From assembly GCF_009914755.1 (NCBI RefSeq), contig NC_060929.1: a DNA stretch of 64,000 nucleotides, one strand, 5' to 3'. A program made the position numbers and the translations under genes. Below the pieces are notes generated by a model that saw nothing but the letters and a program-made list of their open reading frames with translations, was not told the origin of the DNA and searched no databases. The DNA is from the human T2T-CHM13v2.0 reference genome, Homo sapiens. Below, in pieces: positions 40,996-53,329 of the stretch (positions are counted from its first letter, which is position 1; each line of letters begins with the position of its first letter).

Positions 40996-42025
40996 ATTCC
41001 TGTAATGGCGGCTTCCTGGAAGGTAGTGTCATGTGGAACCTCTTAATCTCAGCACCTGGAGCTCCAGGAAGGGGAATTTCAAGTCAGATAGAATTCTATA
41101 TATACCATTTCTTTGGAACCTTCAGCCCTCAAGATTCCAACATCATTACCTCAGTTTCAACACAGTTGTCCTTAGTCCTCATATCACTGCTTTTGGTGCT
41201 GCCTGTTGTCAAAGTGGTAGAAGCCAGTGATGCAATTGTCCTCTTGTTAGGTGTGGTTCTCAGCATTACAGGCATTTGTGCCTGCTTGGGGGTACATGCA
41301 CGAAAAAGAAAATGGACAGATGTGACCTTGAAAGGCCTACTGAATCAAACCTCACCCTGAAAACCTTTGTGCTATAGAGGCTAAACCTGAGCTTTGGTAT
41401 CTGAAAGTTTCCAAGAATCAGTAAATAAGGGAATTTTACATTTTTCATTGTTTCCATGAAATGGTAACAAACATACATAAATAAATTGAAAAAAATGTTT
41501 TCTTTACAATAAATAATGCACTGAAAAATACAGCCTATAATTTGTATTTGCTAGTTAGAAAGGAGGTCAAAGAAGTAAGATGGCTGAAATTTACGTAAGT
41601 AATATTTCATAGTTTTAGAATTCTCCAAGCATGCAAAATAGCAAGAAGGAAGTTCTTGCCCAGAATCTTAGGAAATCACCAATGTTCAGTTATAATCACT
41701 GTCTCCTGGATCATTGAAGAGTCTTTTCTGCATCTTTTTATAAGGTTTTTGTTTTGTTGTCTCCCAGGTTAATATTGTATTTAGATATCAGAGAGTCAGC
41801 CAAAAAGGGAAGCTTTTATCTCTGGGGAAAAATGTTTAGAAAAATGTATTCGGTGTATCTGATACTGAAATGCAGAAAAAAATTTAATGTTAAAAAAAAC
41901 TATAGACATTGACATGGAAAAGAGATTTAATGTTAAGAAAAAAACTATATTAACTGAGTAACATCCTCCTAATGAGAAGTACTATATTAAATATAAACCC
42001 ATTATATTGTAAAAAAAAAAAAAAA
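40996..42025 (+). pseudogene. SMIM30: Processed retrocopy of SMIM30 (LINC00998/MAVI1 microprotein)
   Basis: 41145-41309 translates ITSVSTQLSLVLISLLLVLPVVKVVEASDAIVLLLGVVLSITGICACLGVHARKR, matching recalled SMIM30 (MTSVSTQLSLVLMSLLLVLPVVEAVEAGDAIALLLGVVLSITGICACLGVYARKRNGQM). Start is ATT, with a +1 A before AAT GGA CAG ATG TGA (41311-41325). Long 3'UTR, ATTAAA at 41986-41991, A15 tail at 42011-42025; L1 sequence is continuous on both sides. Confidence 0.9.
41031..41360 (+). other. Open 109-aa reading frame across the SMIM30 retrocopy (coding status unproven)
   Basis: ATG at 41031 is in frame with the SMIM30 CDS: 38 aa from the 5'UTR, 55 SMIM30-like aa and 16 frameshifted aa. Confidence 0.3.
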
Positions 42026-45000
42026 TCTCAAGTAGAAACCTGACTTTATACCCCAAGGAACTAGAAAATAAAGAACAAATTAAGTGCAATGTCAGCAGAA
42101 GGAAGGAAATAATAAAATCAGAGCAGAAATAAACGAAATAGAGACTAGAAAAACAATAGAAAAGAATAATGAAACTGAATTGGTTTTTCGAAAAGGTAAA
42201 CAAATTTATCAATATTTGGCTAGATTAATTAAGGAAAAAAAGAAGACAAATAAGAGATGTTACAACTGATGCTACAGAAATCCAAAGGATCATAAAAGAC
42301 TACTATGAACAATTATACACTGACAAATTAGACAATCTAGAATAAATGAATACATTCCTAGAAACGTACAACCACCATGACAGAATCATGAAGAAAGGAA
42401 ATGTGAACAGACCAGTAACAAGTAAGTATATTGAAAGAGTATTCACAAACTCCCGTCAAAGAAGACTCCAAGACCTCACGGCTTCACTGGTAACATCTAA
42501 TAAACATTTAAAGAAAAATTAATGCTAATTCTTTTCAAACTCTACCTAAAAATTGAAGAAGAGGAAGCACTATCAGGTTCATGTTATAAGGCAAATGTTA
42601 CCCTGATACCAAAGCCAAACAAGGGCACTGTAAAAAAGAAAATTACAGTCCACTATCCTTGATGATTATAGATGCAAAAGTCCTCAGGAAAATACTAGCA
42701 AGCCGAATTAAATAGCACAGACAAGGATCACACACTATAACAAATAGGATTTACCCTTGGGTGCAAGAGTGGTGTGACAAATGCAAATCAATAAATATGA
42801 TGCATTATGTTAACAGAATGAAAAAAGCCAAATGATCATCTCAATAGATGCAGAAAAAGCAACTGACAAAATTCAACATATTTTCATGATAAATATTCTC
42901 AACACATTAAGGGTAGAAGAAATTGGTCACAACATAATAAACACCATATATGACAAGTCCACAGCAAACATTATACTCAACGTTGAACAGCAGAAAGCTT
43001 TTCCTTTGAAACCAGGAATAAGACAAAAATGCCCATTCTCACTACTTCTATTCAGTATAGTACTGGAATCCTAGCCAGATGAAGTAAGCAAGAAAAAGAA
43101 ATGAAAGATACTCACATCAGAAAGGAAGAAGTAAAATTGCTTTTGTTTACAAATGATGTAATCTTATATATAGAAAACTGGTAAGATTTCACCAAAAACC
43201 TGTTAGAACTAATCAACATATTCAGTAAAGTTTCAGAATACAAAATCAACATACAAAAATCAGTAGAGTTTATACACACTAACAAGGAACTATTCAAGAA
43301 ATGAAGAAAACAATCCCTTTTACAATAGCATTAAAAAAAACTCAGAAATAAATTTAACCAAAAGGTGAAATATATATACTCTGAAAATGATAAAATATTG
43401 ATGAAAGAAATAAAAGACACAAATAAATGAGAAGATATTCTGTGTTCATGGATTGAAACAATTAATATAGTTAAAATGCCCATACTATCCAAAATATTCC
43501 ACAGACTGAATGCAATCCCTATCAAAATTCCAATGACATTTTTCACAAACATAGAAAAGAAATCCTAAAATACATATAGAACCAAAGAAAATCCCAAATA
43601 GCCAAAGCAATTTTGAGCAAAAGGGACAAAGTTGGAGGCATCACACTATCTGATTTCAAAATATACTACAAACCTATACAAATCAAAACCACATGGTACT
43701 GGCATGAAAACAGACACATAGGCCATTGGAACAGGATAGGGAGCCCCAAAATAAATCCACACATTTGCAGTTAATTGACCTTTGACAAAGGTACCAAGGA
43801 CATAAAATGGAGAAAGAACAGCACCTTCAGTTAATTGTATGGGAAAAACTGAATATCCATGTCAAAATGAATGAAACTGGACTCTTATCTCGCATCTTAT
43901 ACAAAAATGAACTCAAAATGGATTAAAGAGTTAAACATAAGACCTGAGCCTCCGAAACTATCTGAGTCTGTAAGACTACTAGAAGAAAACAGGAAAAAAG
44001 CTACTTGGTATTAATCTGGGCAATGATTTTTTTTGCCTCTAAAAGCACAGACAATAAAAGCAAAAATAGAGAAATGGGATTGCCTTAAAATAGAAAACTT
44101 TTATGCAGCAAAGGAAACAGTTAACAGAGTGAAGGAACAACCTACTGAATGGGAGGAAATATTTTCAAACTATGCATCTGATAACAGGTTAATATACAAA
44201 ATATATCAGGCACTCAACTCAATAAGAAAAGAAATAAGATTTTAAAAATGGGCAAAGGGTCTGAGTAGACATTTTTCAAAAAAAGACATAAAAATGGCCA
44301 ACAGGCATATGGAAAAAATGTTCAACATCACTAGTCAGCAAGAAATGTAAATCAAAGCCACAAAGACATATCACCTCACACCTGGGAGAATGGCTATCAT
44401 CAAAAAGACAAAAGATAATAAGTGTTGGCGAGGCTGTTGGTGGGAATGTAGATTAGTATAGTCATTATGGAAAACAGTAAAACAGCATAAGCCTCCTCAA
44501 AAAATTAAAAGTAGAACCACCATATAATCTAGCAACCCCACTACTGGGTGTATATGCAAAGGAAATGAAATTAATGTCAAAATTTATTTGCACTATTACA
44601 TTCATTGCAGCATTATTCACAATAGCCAGCCAATTCTAGATACGGATTTAACTTAAGTGTTTATGGATGAATGAATGGATACAGTAAATGTAGTATAGGT
44701 AATGGAATACTATCGAGCCTTAAAAAAGAGGGAAATCCTGTCATTTGTGAAAACACACATAATCCTGGAGAACATTATGCTAAGTTAAATAAGCAGGCAC
44801 AGAAAGACAAATGCTACATGATCTCACTTTTATGTGGAAGCTAAAAAAGTTGAACTCACAGAAGCAGGGAATAGGAAGTTGGAGGCCAGGGTTTGGGGGA
44901 ATGGGGAGATGTGGTTTGAAGGACACAAAGCTTCAGTTAGACTAAGTGAGTAAGATTTGGAGATTTATTGTATAGCATGGTGACTATAGTTATAAATAAT

Positions 45001-45435
45001 ATATACTCAAACTTTCTAAGAGATTAGATCTTAAATGTTCTCACAGCAAAAGATAAGTATGTGAGGTGATGGATCTATTAATTAGCTTTATTTAGTCATT
45101 TTACAATGTATACGTATATCAAAACATCATGTTGTATACTGTAAATATATATCATTTTAATTTGTCAATTATGCATTATTAAAGCTGGGGAAACATAAAT
45201 TGAATAATTAAAAAAGTCAATTTGAGGAAGTTTGGAAAATATAGAGTAATAAATATTACCAATAACTATTTAACCCAGATACTATTTACATTTTATTGTT
45301 TTCAGTCCTTATTCTCTTTGTATTAAAACATGTATTTTTCATGAAAATAGAATTATTGCATGTACCGCTTAGTATCTGGCTCTTCCCTTCAAAATAATCT
45401 TTAAGATTACTAATTCCATTAAATAGTTTCTCAAA

Positions 45436-45955
45436 CAGGAGTCCCCAACCCTTGGGGAATGGACCAGCACCGGTTTGTGGCCGGTTAGGAACCAGGCTTC
45501 ATGGCAGGATGTGAGTGAGTGAGTGAAGCTTCATCTGTATTTATAGCCGCTCCCCAGCTCTCACATTACCACCTGGGCTCCTCCTCCTGTCAGATCAGCA
45601 GTGGCATTAGATTCTTATAGGAGCTCAAACACTACTGTAAACTGTGCATGCAAGGGATCTAGGTTGCGTGCTCCTTATGAGAATCTAATGCCTGATGATC
45701 TGTCACTGTCTCCCATCACCCCCAGATGGGACCATCTAGTTGCAGGAAAACAAGCTCAGGGCTTCCACTGCTTCTACATTATGGTGAGTTGTATAATTTT
45801 TCATTATATATGACAATGTAATAATAATAGAAATAAAGTACACAATAAATGTAATATGCTTAACTCATCCTGAAACCATCTCCCCAGATTTGGTCCATGG
45901 AAAAATTGTCTTCCATGAAATTGGTCTCCAGTGCCAGAAAGGTTGGGGACTGCTG
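45436..45955 (+). mobile_element. MER1A (hAT-Charlie3)
   Basis: caggagtccccaacc...ggttggggactgctg TIRs; similar throughout to the copy at 20580. Confidence 0.9.
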
Positions 45956-46111
45956 CTCTAAATACAATTTTAAAAAAATTATTGCTTTCTTTTGGATTAC
46001 AAAAGTAATACGTCTATTCTGAAACATTTATAAAGCCACCGATAACCCCATCATTTATCTAGACCTAGACATGTTAACTTTCTGGAAAATGTCTTCTATT
46101 TTCTCTCTCTC

Positions 46112-46418
46112 TTTTTTTTTTTTTTTTTTTGAGACAGAGTCTCACTCTGTCGCCCAGGCTGGGGTGCAGTGGCATGATCTTGGCTCACTGAAGCCTTGAC
46201 CTCCCAGGCTCAAGCAATCCCCTCACTTCCCCTTCCCAAGTATCTGGGACTATGGGATGGACCACCACACCTGGCTAATTTTTGTAATTTTTTTTTTTGT
46301 TAGAGATGGGGTTTCGTTATGTTGCTCAGGCTGGTCTCAACCTTCTGGGCTCAAGTGATCTGCCTGCCTTGGCCTCCCAAACTGCTATGATTACAGGCCT
46401 GAGCCACTGTGATTGGCC
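46112..46418 (-). mobile_element. Alu (AluJ-like)
   Basis: agccttgacctcccaggctcaagcaatcc, ctgggctcaagtgatc diagnostics; long T tail. Confidence 0.95.
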
Positions 46419-46488
46419 TCATATTCTCTCTTAATCCAGATATATATATAAATTCAGATATATATATAATCCAGACTATATATATATA

Positions 46489-46864
46489 TAGTCATGCACT
46501 ACATAATGGCATTTCAGTAAACAAGGGACAGTGATCCCATATTATTATAGTACCATATTTTTACTGTAACTTCTATGTTTATATAAGTTTAAATATACAA
46601 ATACCATTTTGTTATAATTGCATGGCAATTTATAGCTTTATTGCATAGGAATTTTAACAAAATATTTGATATCTTGATTGTCAAAATAATTGACAATCTT
46701 GACATAAGGGACAAGAATATGTTTTAAGAACTGTTCCATATAGCAATTGGCTATACCATATATTTTAGATGTGTAGTGGGCCATACCATCTAGGTGTATG
46801 ATTGTACAACAACAAAATCGCTAATGATGCTTTTCTCGGAACGTATCCCTATGATGCATGACTA
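46489..46864. mobile_element. Tigger3a/MER7A-like MITE with an internal replacement
   Basis: agtcatgcac...gatgcatgact TIRs, preceded by (TA)n; reverse of the Tigger3b end motifs (ttctcggaacgtatccc). Confidence 0.7.
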
Positions 46865-49363
46865 ACTTGATTAAAAGATGGGAGCATCCTGGAAAACCTG
46901 ATTGTAATTGTTGCATTTTATTCCATTATAAAGGCATATTATCATTTAACTGTTCTCCTGTTATGGGACATTGTTTTCAATTGTTATGACAACAAGTCCT
47001 TTATAGAAATCATTAGCGCATCCCTTGCTTTTTTGTAGGTAAATTCTTAAAGGTGGAAACACCAGGACAAAATTTATGAGTCTTTTCAAGACCCTTGAAA
47101 AAACAGAGGAAACTTTCCTCTTGAAAGCTAGAACTGACACCTCTATGGCAGCATAGAGAATGCTTGTCTCTTTGAGCTTTTGCTGTCCTGCGTGCTGCTA
47201 TCAGTATGTATTGATTGCAAAAATTGATAATTCTCTAGGGAGAACTTGGACCAAAAGAAAGGAATTAGTTTCCAGCTCTGAGGTTTAGTTTAAAGAGAAA
47301 AACCCAAGCAAACTAATAAAGAACAAAACTCTTATTCCCTTTGGTTGCCCCAAAGGAATTGACCAGAAGTACATACATTTGGGCATTATTTGAAGTTTTC
47401 TGTGTAATTATTTCACAAATCCTCTTTTGCACAGTGGATGCTTTTCTTTTTCCCTAGTCCCATGCTCACAAACTCTTAAATTATATTTTCCTTTACTGGG
47501 TTATAAAGGTCAGATTTAATTTACCTAATAGAACCAATTGATGGAAATCTATACAGTAAAAGAGATACTAGGCTTGAGAAGCTAAGAACATTTTGTTCCT
47601 GCCTCTGTGCTGCTCTCAGCATGTTTTAAATATGACCCAACATTTGTTAACGGATACCACATGTCACCATCTTTAAATGACCTTATCCATCTTATCACCA
47701 CAACTTCAAACTAAGAAAGAAAGAAAAAAGAAACCCACCACCAAATGATCCTGAATGAAGCTGCCTGTTACGTCCAAATGATCTCGAAGTTGCCTGTTAA
47801 CTGTCAGCAACCTTGACAGTCAGTAATTCTCAACAATATTTTATCATTTACCAAATTATATAGAAAATTAAAATCTCTTGAAAAACATCTCTTTTAAATT
47901 TTGTCTTTTAGGCTGCCTAATGATAGTGAAAGGAAAGAAACTATTTGATTAATTTGATCCTTCTAGATAAGCAAACCCAGTAATTCAAGTCTGAGAATGA
48001 ATCAAGAGCACTGCATTCACCTTCTCAGCCCTACAATTCATGGCTTTGCCACTCTAGAGGGACTCACAGCTCCTCCTTCCTGCTCTCAATTCGGTCCTTT
48101 ATCAAATGGGGCAGATAACATCTTTCTTAGATAGTTTTTGGAGTTTCTTTAAGAATAAAATATATTTTAAAAATCTCAAGTGCTATGTCAGTGTTCAGAG
48201 TCAGAACCACAATTTAGGCCTTACCGTGTTTTTAAATTTTCTATATTTTTTTTAAAAAAGCTTGGATTAGCTCAATTGCCTTTAATTATTAGTAACAGGT
48301 CAATAGGGTTAGTCAACTGGTTTATAATAATTGACCTTTGTAGTTTGATGTCTGTTTTCTTTTTCATAATTTGTATACCAATTTGACTAAGTGCTAAAAT
48401 AATTAAATTTATAGTATTTTATGAATGCTAATCTTTTTTTTTTCGGTTTCATAAGTGGTTGTCTCACAGCCTTTCTCCATAGTTTATTTTATCTACATTT
48501 GAACAACTAAGAACTTTTTAACCAGTGTGACAAGGGGACATTAACAATTCTTTTTGTTTCTAATAATTGGTGTTTATTGTATCTCAGCACTACCTCCAGA
48601 AGAGGTAATTTTTCCAGCTAACTTACAGAGCAATACTAAACAATGAAACCCCAAATTATATACCATTATGAGCATTGTTCATAAACAATACTATAACATG
48701 ACCTCCTAGAAGTTTGTCATTTCCTTTCTTTCAAGGATAAATTCCAGCAATCTAAGCATATGGTTGTCAGATGAAAATATCACTGATTTCATTGTGTGAC
48801 AACATTGATACTGTCTTCAGCACCTCTTCGAATGTCATTAAGAAAGCCAAAAGGCTCCAAAAGCATTGGTTACCTGTGTGTAATTTATTGGAGATTCTGT
48901 AGGGTAGATCCAGTGAAGTAAAACCATGTGCCCTGCAGGTAACAAAACCAACCTCCTTAAAGGATAATTTTGCTATCTTCTGTTTCTAGAGTTGACCTTT
49001 GTTGGTCTTACCTGCCTGTTCAAGGGACTTATATTCTTCCTTCCAAAATCATACAGTGCTTTCTCGGAAAAGGGTCCTTCTTTTAGGTTTATTTAGCACC
49101 TGATGGGAAAAGTGCAGTCATGCTATTTCTTGTGGGCCAAGGTCAGAGCAAGGACATTCCAGAGCTTCTAATTTTAAGGCCTTTACCCTCTGTGTCTTTC
49201 TGACCCAGCTTTGACATCAAAACTGAGCAGTGACTCTTTCTCTTTACAGTTCTGCTGTAGTTATCTGAATCCTCTCCCTGATTATGAATGCTTCTTCTCA
49301 ATAAGTAATTACACTAGATAGAAAAAAAAAAGAGACAAGAATATATTTTAAGAACTATTATCA

Positions 49364-49676
49364 AGTCAGACATAGTGGCTCATGCCTGTAATCCTAGCAC
49401 TTTGGGAGTCCGAGGCAGGTGGATTGCTTGACAAGCCCAGGAGTTTGATACCAGCCTGGGCAATATAGCAAAACCGTGTCTACCAAAAATTAAAAAAATT
49501 AGCTGGGTGTGGTGGCACACACCTGTAGTTCCAGCTACTTAGTAGGCTGAGGTGGGAAGATCACCCCAGCTTGGGAAGTCAAGGCTGCAGTGAGCTGAGA
49601 TCACACCAGTGCACTCCAGCCTGGCAACAAGAATATGAGAGTAAGACCTTGAATCAAAAAAAAAAAAAAAAAAAAA
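49364..49676 (+). mobile_element. Alu (AluJ-like)
   Basis: ggattgcttga..gcccaggagttt, aaggctgcagtgagc; long A tail; tattatca on both flanks. Confidence 0.95.
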
Positions 49677-49739
49677 CCATTATTATCATGCCAAGATATG
49701 AATGTGAATACATTCATTTTGGAGGTGGTTAAGGTGCTT

Positions 49740-50262
49740 ATCCAGGCATATGAGAAATAAGGATCAGGCCACATTTCAAGATTTGTCTTTGAGCTTTAGG
49801 CATTGGTGCTCAATTCCATCTGTGATCTGAATTTCACTGGGGACAGACATTGAGTCTTCTTGAGCACAGTTTTACAAAGATTAGTTTTGCCAACCAGGAG
49901 GATTTATTGGCAAAGTGGTATGAACTGGAATGTGGGGAGCAGATAGAGTGGTTAGGAAAAGCTTGTGGCGGTCTGGGATACAGGCAGCATGCAGTCAGCA
50001 AGGAGAGTAGCAGTAATACTGTGAAAAGGGAGCCAGAAATGAGATAGGGATAGAAATTAACAGGCTTCAACAAATGACTAGATGTAGGAAAGGGGCTTAA
50101 AAAGGAAGAAAGCGTCAAAAATGATTCCTGAGTTTTGAACCTGGCTACTGGTGAGAACAGCAATGAAGACTGGCAAATCACATGGAACAGGATTGTGGGA
50201 AATGTAATGTTTTGGGTTCAGGCAAATTGAGTTTGATGTGTCAGTAGGTTATCAAATATCTG
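49740..50262. mobile_element. L2 remnant
   Basis: gtcaaaaatgattcctgagttttgaacctgg, ttgagtttgatgtgtcagtagg L2 motifs. Confidence 0.6.
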
Positions 50263-51191
50263 TAGACTATAGATCAAAACCACATAATTAGTATTTAGAT
50301 CTAACTTTTTGCATTAAGATATTCCACTATTGCATGCTAGAAATGTTCTGATTTTTTATTTCCTCTTGTGCTTTTTCCTGTGCTTATTAGGTTTTCTTGC
50401 CAAGATGAGGCATCTGTAGCTTAAGGATACAAGTTACTCATCCAAAATAATGTCAGACTTAGGAATGTATGATTTCCAGAACTGGAGTACTAACATTGCC
50501 CAGATGTTTTTAAGCTGTGGTGGTAAATCCACCCAGATGTCTCTGATTGCATCTAGTTTGTCTTGAGTTCTTTGCTCATCTTGTGTGGTTCTCTTCCTTT
50601 AATCTGCTATAAATCAGTATCACTTTGAATTTTTTTATAGGAAGTTTGTGGAGGTCCAATGATATGAACATGGAGAAAGCAGGCTTTATAAAGCTATTCT
50701 TAGATCTAATAATAAATCAGTGAATATTAGAGAATACAGAACTTTGGGACTGAGAGGATACTTAAGGATAGTCTAGTTCAGTTCTTTCATTTTATATTTT
50801 TGAGGATTTGGGAGACTTTATGAAGACACAGAACAAGATAGTGGCAGAGCTAGGATTAGACACCAGCAATATTTGGCTTAATATTACATAAGAGGATTTT
50901 GAAAGGCATGCTTCTTTTTTTGGCATTTTAATGAAAACAAAATGTATGGAAAATAGAATAATTCTTTATCTCTCTTCATTTTTCTGCATTATCCATTTTT
51001 TCCCCTTGTATGGGGACATTTCCATCAGCCTACAAACACTCTTATTTCCTCCATTAAAAAGTAAAATAAAACACCCTCACTTGACCCCACATCCCTCTAG
51101 CTTACTTTTTGATTTCCCTTACAGTAAATCTCTTATAAGGAGCCTGTCTATACTCACTCTCTCCAGCTTCACTCCATTCATTCTCTCTTTC

Positions 51192-51570
51192 TTATTTTTA
51201 CTGAAGTGAAATTCACTTAATATAAATTAACTATTTTAAAGTGAACAATTTTGTGGCATTTACTGCATTCAGAATATTATGCAACCACCACCTCTGTCTA
51301 GTTCCAAAAACATTTTTATCAGCCCCAAAGAAAATTCTAGGTCCTTCTTAATGAAGTGGCTCTCCATTACCTCTTTTCCTAGACCCTGGAAACCACTAAT
51401 CTGTATTCCCTCTTTATATGTTTACCAATTCTGTATATTTCACATAAATGGAACCATATAATATGTGACCTTTTTGTGTGTGACATCTTTCACTTAGCAT
51501 AATATTTTCAATTTTCAGCTATGTTGCAGCATGCATTAATACTTCATTTCTTTTTAATGGCTGAATAATA
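51192..51570 (-). mobile_element. L1MB-type 3' end
   Basis: attttaaagtgaacaatt...gcaaccaccacctctgtctagttccaaaacatttt...ttcacttagcataat. Confidence 0.85.
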
Positions 51571-51605
51571 ATGAATTGTTTCATCATTCTCTTAAACCTA
51601 CTCCA

Positions 51606-51911
<306 letters not shown>

Positions 51912-52235
51912 CAAATGTTCTTTACCTCCCCATTTTCAAAAGTGTTCTTTTCATGATCACCAGTGACCATTAAGTTGCCAAATCCAATGAGGATGTTTCA
52001 GTCTTCATTTAACTAGATGTATCAGCAGCATTCAACATAGCTGATCATTCATTTCTATGAACTACATTCTTTGCTTGGGTTCCAGCTGTGCACATTCTCT
52101 TGGTTTTCTTCCTGGGTCATGACGACTTTGCTGATTGCCTCTTATCTCTTAAATCTTAATTTGGGGTGCTGAAGGGTCATTCATCGGACCATCTCTCTTC
52201 TTGATTTACTCTGTTGGTTATCTCATTTAATGCTA

Positions 52236-53300
52236 CTGTTAATGTTTAATTTTCAAAAACTCATGAGTTTATGCAAATATATAATGAATACATCTTCAAC
52301 ATTTATCACCCTTATTAATGAGGGAACCAGTAAGATGTTAAAGCTAGTTCAATAAATATTTGAAGAGCTATATATTTTAGCAATTTAATATGGGATATGT
52401 TGCATAATAAAGAATTCATCTGATATTTGTCCCTGGTTCCTGAGAGAGCTTATAAACCCTGGAAACTCCTGAATGGCAAGAGAGTCTTTATTATTCACGG
52501 TGAGCCTCTAGGGCCACACCTGAATTTATGCAAATGAAGTGACTCATGGTGTACCCCTAGACATTTATGGTACAGGGGCTGGTCATTCTACAAAGACACA
52601 CCCCATAATTAGAAGGTTGGGGCTTTGAGCCAGATGACATCAACCTGACCTCTGAAGAGTGGAAGGAAGCTAGAGACTGAGTTCATGGTTAATGATTCAA
52701 TCAACAATGCCTGTGTAATGAAATCCCAATAAAAATTCTGGACATCAAAACTTGGGTGGGCTTCCCTGATTGATGATACACAATTATGTGCCAGGAGGGT
52801 GATGCATCCTGAGGACAAAGAAATTTTGTGTTTGTGTTTGCCTATGTGTCTCTTCATTTAGATGGTCCTGACCTGTATCCATTATAGTGAACTGTAATTG
52901 TAAATATAGTGCTTTTCTGAGTTTTGTGAGTCATTCTAGCAATTATCAAATCTTATGAGATAGTGGGAACCTCCACACTTGTAGCCAGCTGGTCATAAGT
53001 GAGGGTGACCTGGCAACCTTGGAGAATGCAGCAAGTGTCTGAAGTAAAAAGAGTCTAATGGAGGACTGTGCCCTCAACCTGTGAAGTCTACACTAGCTCC
53101 AGATTTAGCATCAGATTTACATTGCAAAATAAGTTTCAGGGTTAGAAACAAAACGGGTTAATATTTTGCAGGATAATAGACCAAGTTTTCTATTGAACAG
53201 AAATTGTATCACTATTAGACTAAATTCTGTAAGTTAGTTGATAACTTACAGAATTTAAGTCTGGGACATAAAATCAAAATCTGAATATTTTATAGAATAT
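52236..53300. mobile_element. Probable LTR37-like ERV1 LTR split by MER21
   Basis: taatgagggaaccagtaagatgttaaagct motif; AT-rich continuation after 53126; tentative. Confidence 0.4.
52389..53126 (+). mobile_element. ERVL LTR, MER21C-like
   Basis: tttgtccctggttcctgagagagct..taaaccctgg, ggtgggcttccctgattgatgatac, gagttttgtgagtcattctagc, cagatttacattgca. Confidence 0.8.
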
Positions 53301-53329
53301 TTATAGAATCATGGCTCCCAAAATTTTTA

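Larger units (their letters stand above)
38990..45195 (+). mobile_element. Long L1MA-type LINE-1 (ORF1, ORF2 and 3'UTR remnants, degenerate)
   Basis: ORF1 pieces (RSLPRHIVLKFSK, LSVDFSAET), EN (ICYLQETHF), RT ([15 protein letters not shown]; G.RQ.CP.S.LLF.IVLE) and an L1MA-like 3' end ...aaagctgggg; many stops and frameshifts. Confidence 0.93.

Noticed and set aside
39415-44245. L1 ORF1/ORF2 peptide fragments
   Set aside because: Fragmented by stops, frameshifts, a deletion and an insertion; not an active L1 or RT system.
48870-49015. Minus-strand donor-like motifs (ttacct, cttacctg)
   Set aside because: No matching acceptor or reading frame could be established.
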